Positions 58,120-64,000 of a stretch of DNA of 64,000 nt are shown in pieces. Source of the DNA: Diplonema japonicum (taxonomy: Eukaryota; Protista; Euglenozoa: Diplonemea); contig OZ025732.1 in the NCBI GenBank assembly GCA_964019335.1, forward strand, positions 248,001-312,000, written 5' to 3'. The translations under genes and the position numbers were made by a program. Under the pieces are notes generated by a model that had not been told where the DNA came from, did no database searches, and saw only the letters and a program-made list of their open reading frames with translations. Position 1 is the stretch's first letter; every line of letters starts with the position of its first letter.

Positions 58120-58582
58120 GAGGAGGAGAGCAAGAAGAAGAAGAAGGATTTGTGTCGTGTAGACAGACAGCCTGATGCAGGTTGAAGGTATGACAGAGCC
58201 GCCCCGGCTAGGGTTGAGCACACCGCATGCATTAAGGACACGACGCGGAACGCAGAAGAAGCTGCTGCTCGGCCGAGGAGCACCCCCTGTAATCAAGTAG
58301 GTAGTTCGTGCTTCGTTGCGCGCTTAACGCCACCTAGTGTTGCAATCAAAGCCCCATTTTTTTTTTTTTTGTAACCACAGGGGGCCCTCCTTTGTCCCCT
58401 GTTTCCTCCCTACTACTCCTAACTTTTGAGCAAACCTTTGAATCGGGGTTTCTCTTACATATTATCGGATTTCTCCTTTTCTCTCTCTTTTTTTTTTCCT
58501 TTTTTTTTTTTTTTTTTTTTTTTGCGGAACAAGCCACATCTCTCGAGATAAAAAAGGAATTTGTTCGATGTTTGTCTTTTAC

Positions 58583-58620
58583 GCTGCTGGCCTCCTCGTC
58601 GGTCATCACCGGAAGCACCC
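58583..58620 (+). other. Truncated HDV-like ribozyme core
   Basis: GCTGCTG GCC TCCTCGTC GGT CATCACC GG is homologous to 62494-62523. The 5' strand of P1 and J4/2 are missing. Confidence 0.6.
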
Positions 58621-59663
58621 ACCAGCCTTCCTTCATTTCTTTTTATACTTTTTCTTTTTTTTTTTAGTAGATTGCTGTATTCACACAAGCTCTCCCTTGC
58701 TTATTACCTTGCTGGATCTCAAGGTCGTGTGAAAGAGAATGTCTTTCACTTCTGAGCCTTCGCCACTTCCAGCGTGCCCCCCCACAAGAAAAGGGAGAGC
58801 TGAAAACGGCTTTTTTTTTTTGTTACAAATATTTATCTTTCAAAAAATGATTTTATAACTTTATGCAACTTGTGCCGAGCAAAAAGCTTTCGCAGCTTTT
58901 TAAAAATCTTTTTTGCTCGTGCGAACAACAAAGACATATAGTCATAAAGAATTATTTTTGTTGTCTTCTTGTTTTTATCTGCTTCCTCCCCTCGCACTTT
59001 CTTCAGACGGAAAGAAAGAAAGACCAAGGTAAACAGATGTTTCAAGATGAGCCATGACGGACCATCTCTGCCTGTGCAGGACTTCTCCGAGCTTTTCTTT
59101 CAAAGGCCTCCTAAGGCCTTACAAGGAGAGCGCTTGGTGGCATAGTGACCCAAGCCTTTCCAATCAGCTTTTTACAGTTCGTTCACCTTTGTTTTTTTTC
59201 TTAAAGTGTTTTTTTAAAAAAGAAAAAGACAGGTGCTAAGTAGGTAGTCTTTTTTTGGGCAGGGCGCCGCCAACACCGGCCTTTAACTCTTATATTTTTT
59301 TTATTTTTATTTTTTTTTTTTCAACTGCAGAGCGAGGAGGATAAGCTGCCTCCTGTGACAATATTCGTCAGGTGACAGGTCCCCCCGCTTTCTTATTCTT
59401 CCCCCTTCTTCCCCTTTTCTTTCCTCATGCATCTTCTCTTGGCAGATTTCTGTGTCGGTCGGGATATAGATAAATTTCATTTTTTTTCTTTTTTTCCAGT
59501 TGGTAGTGACTGAGAGCAAAAAAAAAAAAGGCCTTACCTTTTTTTTTTTTCTTTTTTTCTCACGACGGAATACTCTTTTCATTGGAGAGGCCGTTTTTTT
59601 TTTTTCTTTTTTTTTTTTGCTACAACAGGCGTCCTGCCACATACCGCAGGTACCCTTAAATGT

Positions 59664-59713
<50 letters not shown>

Positions 59714-60049
59714 CTTTTTTTTTTTTCTTGCATTTAACAACGGTTCTTGTAGTATTTAGTATCAATCCCTCTTTAGGAGGACCAAGACAGGTTTTACCAT
59801 ATGATATTTTCAGCTCACACCGGTATTTCTTTTTAATTTTTTCACAAGGGGGTAGATAATTTTGTTACCTATCTGACTACTTAACAAAAGATGAGAGTAG
59901 ACCCGGGGGACCAGAAAGGCAGTAGGTTCGAAGCTTCGCTATTTTCTTTCTTTCTTACCCCCCCTGTTCTTAAATTTTTGCACGCAAGAGTAGAACCACA
60001 GGTAAAAGAAAGAAGAATAAGAGGCGGGATATTAAAAGAAGGTGATAAC

Positions 60050-61465
60050 ATGAAGCGGGTTATATTCATGATGTTCGCACTACTAGCAGTAGGCAGGTTG
60101 CTCCGGACGCAGCAGGAAAGCCGTTCTGACATCGCTTCTCCTCCTTCGGCCTTTGCTTCAGTTCCTACTCCTGGTCCTACCACAGTTACAACTCCTGTTC
60201 CTACAGCAGTTCCCACCACAGCTTCAACTCCTGTTCCTACCACAGTTACAGCTCCTGTTCCTACAGCAGTTCCTACCCCTGTTCTAACTCCTGTTCCGAC
60301 TCCTGTTCCTACAGCAGTAACTACCGCAGCTACAACTCCTGTTCCTACCACAGTAACCACAGTAACTACCACAGCTTCACCTCCTGTTCCTACCACAGTT
60401 ACAACTCCTGTTCCTACAGCAGTAACTACCACAGCTTCAACTCCTGTTCCTACCACAGTTACAACTCCTGTTCCCACAGCAGTAACTACCACAGCTTCAG
60501 CTCCTGTTCCAACTCCTGTACCTACTACCACAGCAGTTCCTACAACTGCAGTTCGAACTCCTGTTCCCACAGCAGCACCGGCACTCAAGATTGCGACGAA
60601 GGATCTACCAAGATGCAAGGAGATGGCAGACATATACCCTGGTGATCGGAAGCTGACGAAGTGGGTACCGAAGAACTGCAGGCTGAAGGACTTCTCTGTA
60701 GAGGAGAAGGGCAAGTGCATAGGCGAGAAGGGCATCCTCGTGGTGACCGACTCCTTGGGGGAGGCGATCTTGAGGAGGGTGTCGTCCGACTTCTTAGTGG
60801 CGAAGCGGCGGTTCAAGCACATCAAAGAGCGGTACCCTAATGCTGTTCACCACATGGCGAAGAGCGTGGCTACTTCGTCGAAGCCTATGCTTAAGGAGAA
60901 GCACCTTCCGTTCCTCAGGAAGGCTTCCTTCGTCGTCTTATCGAACGGTTTGTGGGACATCGGGATGGCATCTTGTGGGATCAACCACTATTTCGACTTT
61001 CTTCGTTTGAAGGTTGTGACATACATGAAAGAGATGCCTGCAAACGGGACAATGGTCCTGTACAACATTCCGTACATCCACCACAGGGAGCCAACAGGCT
61101 GGGGCACGTATTGCAATCCGGGGCCTCGTGTGGCGGCGTACAGGGAGGCCCTGAAGCTGGTCTCCGCGTGCACTGGTGTGGGCATCTTTGACACATACCA
61201 AATGCAGAAGCAGGACATGACAACACCTGACGGGATACACGCTTCTGGGAAGGGAAACCAGGCCAGAGCCAGCGTCGTTTACAACATGATGTGCCCTCCG
61301 GAGAAGGATAGGCTGCGGCCGTTCTACCCTCAGTTGGCTTGTACTGATGAAGCCATTAAGGAGGCCAAGGCTAGGTGGGCAGCAGTCCCTGAAGCAGCCA
61401 ATCGTCCGAAGCGCTGCCCGTACACGAGGCCGAAGTGCTACAACAGCAGCATTCTTCCTTGGTAG
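60050..61465 (+). CDS. SGNH/TBL-like protein, paralogue 5, with Thr/Pro mucin-like stem
   Basis: Signal/TM segment, TPVPT repeats, TDS, NGLWD, DGIH. Confidence 0.8.
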   Translation: MKRVIFMMFALLAVGRLLRTQQESRSDIASPPSAFASVPTPGPTTVTTPVPTAVPTTASTPVPTTVTAPVPTAVPTPVLTPVPTPVPTAVTTAATTPVPTTVTTVTTTASPPVPTTVTTPVPTAVTTTASTPVPTTVTTPVPTAVTTTASAPVPTPVPTTTAVPTTAVRTPVPTAAPALKIATKDLPRCKEMADIYPGDRKLTKWVPKNCRLKDFSVEEKGKCIGEKGILVVTDSLGEAILRRVSSDFLVAKRRFKHIKERYPNAVHHMAKSVATSSKPMLKEKHLPFLRKASFVVLSNGLWDIGMASCGINHYFDFLRLKVVTYMKEMPANGTMVLYNIPYIHHREPTGWGTYCNPGPRVAAYREALKLVSACTGVGIFDTYQMQKQDMTTPDGIHASGKGNQARASVVYNMMCPPEKDRLRPFYPQLACTDEAIKEAKARWAAVPEAANRPKRCPYTRPKCYNSSILPW

Positions 61466-62443
61466 GGAATACACTTTTTTTCCTTTTTTTTTTGTTCACG
61501 TTGCGCTGATGACACGCTTATGCCGAAGCTGCTCTCGGTCGTGAGGGCTGATGACTCTCAAGGGTGTCGGAATGCGAGTGCGGTGGGCTGGGCTTTTGTG
61601 TACGCCCTGGATACAACCACTGTGCATTTGGTCCACTTTTTGTTTTAAGATTTGCCCTTGCTCTCTCCATGGTTCAGTTCACATTTAGTTAGAAGGGAGG
61701 GGGGGTGGGCGTTTTTTTGTATGGATGGGATGCACAAACAACGGCCAGTTCCTCTTTTCATCAAAGACTTAACGCACTTGTGCCCCCCGGGAGCAAGCTC
61801 TGCAGGTAAAAGATGTTTCCTTTTAGGCGATCCTGTAGGTTCCCTTCGGAGATACCTTTTTTCTTGCCCTTGGTCTGGTGTGATAGTAATAGGGTATTAA
61901 GTCGATTCTTTTTTTTTTTAGTTCTGTTTTTTTTTTTTTTTTTTTTTTTTTTCATTTTTCTCTCTGTGTTTGCCACCCCCCTCCCCCTCCCCCATCTCAC
62001 TGCCAGTTTAGGAGAAGCTGTTTTGTTTTTGCTTTGTGTTCAGGGTTCCGCTTTTTTTTCTCTTTTTTTTTTATTCGTCCTGTTTGAGAAAGAGAATAAA
62101 GAACGGGAATGAAGAAGTAAAGAAGTGTTCTTTTTTTAGATTCAGGCAGTTTACGTTCGGCAGCTAACCGCCGATTTTCTTTGCTTGAGCAGGAAGAACA
62201 ATATATTGATAATGAATTGTTATTGCTAAAAAGAGTAGTGGTAGCATTGTTGGGGCTTATCCTTCTACAGGTTAACCCCCCGGCTGTGCACACAACTGAC
62301 TCTTTTTTTTTTCATTTCCCTCTTCTCGTTTTTTTTTTTATACGTTTTGTGATGCAGCGTTTTGGTTACTTTGAGATGGTCTCCTGACACTTGTGCTTTT
62401 TTTGGAATACCTTGGTTTAAAGTTCTGAGTTTATTTTTTTCAA

Positions 62444-62577
62444 GGTGGTGGGGATAACATGAAAGTATCAGAAAAACATCAGATGTGTTGTTCGCTGTTG
62501 ACCTCCTCGTCGGTCATCACCGGTAGCACCCGAGTGGAAGAACGTAACGCAGATGCTCAGGGTGGCGAACAGGCAGC
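62444..62577 (+). ncRNA. HDV-like self-cleaving ribozyme
   Basis: P1 GGUGGUG/CAUCACC; P2 GCUGUUG/CAG(G)CAGC; P3 ACC/GGU; L3 UCCUCGUC; P1.1 CC/GG; P4 CACCC-GAGU/GCUC-A-GGGUG; J4/2 GCGAA with the catalytic C at 62566. Confidence 0.8.
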
Positions 62578-63133
62578 AAACTGCACGAGGAGAAGGCTCC
62601 AGCGTCAGACAGTTGCATATTCCTTGAATGTGAGAAAAACCACAGTTCAGGATACAACTGCTGTCGCTGCGGCAAGGTAGGAAGTCCTTCCTGTCTTAAG
62701 TCTACGCTGAAGAAGGCGGGAAAGACTTTCACTGCCGACCTTGAACTAGGAAGCTGGGTGTGTCCACCCTGCCTGTGGGCAGTTCAGATCAACGGCGAAG
62801 AGATGATCATTCCCACTCCCTCCCCGAAGGCCCCTGTGCCTCCGGAAGGATCAACTCCTTCCAAGAACTCCTTGACGGAAGCAGTTGAAGCTTTCCTGAG
62901 CAGTCCTCAAGGTGTTGCCTACATACACACGAGACACGGAGAGCTTGTTGACCTCACTGAGGAAACGGGCCGCGGAGGCCCCGCTGACCGCGGAGGTCAG
63001 CCCGAAGAGGTCCTAGGCCGTGGAGGCCTCGCTGACCGCGGAGGTCAGCCTGGACAAGAAATGGGCCGCGGAGGCCCCACTGACCGGCTGTGCACAAACA
63101 ACAATCAACCGACTCTTTTTTTTAATTCCCTAA

Positions 63134-64000
63134 CCCCTAAAGGCCCGGAGCCTATCTACGGTACCCCCCCCCATTTTCGTTGTTGCTTTAAATACTCAAA
63201 AAAAGGGCAGCATGCAACCATAGGAAGGTGCAAGGAAAGGGTAAACGGTACTAAGATTTTCAATTCCAGGTGCCAGATTCAGATGAGAACACTTAACTTT
63301 GTGTGTAAGAGGGGGGTTGAGGGGGTACTTTTTATGTCCGATTTTGGGGGGTCTTGTCGTGGGGGGTCCGTGGAGTTATGGCTGGGCTAAAAAGGGCAGC
63401 ATTCAGCCCTATTTGGTGCCCTGAACTCTAGGATTGAGGTCAGTCTGGAGACTTTTTGGGGCTGTGGGATGAAAAAAGCAACTTGTGAGTTTTTTTTCCA
63501 GCTGGGGTAGCATGCAAGGGTAAAAAACACGTTTTGCATAAGGGGGTTTTGCAACAGGGCACCACGTTTGCACCTTCTTCCCGCACCCAGGAACAACACA
63601 GGGCACCCTCCTCACCTTCGTTCCGTTCATCATGGTCTCGGAGGTGTGATTTAGGGTCAAATCGAGACGTTTTGGGTATTTCTGAGTGAGGGAATCCTCA
63701 TTGCTAGCGTGTTTGCGCTTGGGGGTCGGTGACGGTGTTGTCGGGGGGGGTGTGCTATCGGTTTTTGGGGCATGGGTGAGAAGCTTTCCAACAAGTTCTT
63801 CTTTGAAGCCCGGGAAGCCATAATTTTTGCCACATTCCCTGCTCTTCTTCCAGATTATGGAGGAGTTGGCAACACAGCTTTCCAGGACCCAATAAAAAAC
63901 GACCATGGTCCACTTCCGGGTTTTCATATGCCGAACTCCAGTCCCCTTTTGCGTTGTACTCTGGGATGGAAAGATTCAGATTCCGCTGTTTTTTTGAATC
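63134..64000 (-). mobile_element. piggyBac family 2, 3' end (runs off the window)
   Basis: TIR CCCCTAAAGGCCCGGA preceded by CTAA, the reverse complement of ~34430-34828. Transposase C-terminus at 63409-63927 (RKW...F....ANS, Cys-rich tail). Confidence 0.85.

Noticed and set aside
56770-60570. Regular repeats as a possible CRISPR array
   Set aside because: They are in-frame coding mucin repeats with no unique spacers, in a eukaryotic context.
61505-61580. Two CTGATGA strings suggesting a hammerhead
   Set aside because: No correctly placed GAAA/NUH and stems; the pairing consumes the core GA.
63128-63140. CCCTAACCCCTAA telomere-like repeat
   Set aside because: Explained by the CTAA target plus the piggyBac TIR.
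1-64000. Spliced-leader RNA gene or SL-derived sequence
   Set aside because: No match to the euglenozoan ...CAGTTTCTGTACT.. motif was seen by eye.

Overview
This is a eukaryotic, TE-rich window. All recognisable host genes lie on the + strand, separated by long poly-T/pyrimidine tracts. Together with an ingi-clade LINE and short GT-AG introns, this suggests a euglenozoan, probably a diplonemid (inference). Host genes: ubiquitin-like+ankyrin paralogues (2 intact, 3 broken); a ubiquitin-like+LRR+CaaX protein and its pseudogene; two TMEM151-like polyQ proteins; five TBL/PC-esterase-like SGNH proteins; one SAM-dependent methyltransferase; and a tandem array of five secreted Cys-rich proteins whose repeats resemble the aerolysin/pertussis-toxin (APT) domain. 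Mobile DNA: a decayed ingi-like LINE (APE-RT-RNaseH, poly(A), decayed TSD); an N-terminal GIY-YIG Penelope-like element (Naiad/Chlamys type, 'family B'); a second tail-less element ('family A'); two piggyBac families; several LINE/SINE tails; and a canonical HDV-like ribozyme. The most novel signal is a ~75-nt covarying pseudoknot RNA motif near the 3' end of both families A and B (4 copies). It fits no ribozyme class I can recognise and is a candidate processing ribozyme for N-terminal-endonuclease PLEs. All family assignments are from motif recognition by eye; no searches were run.
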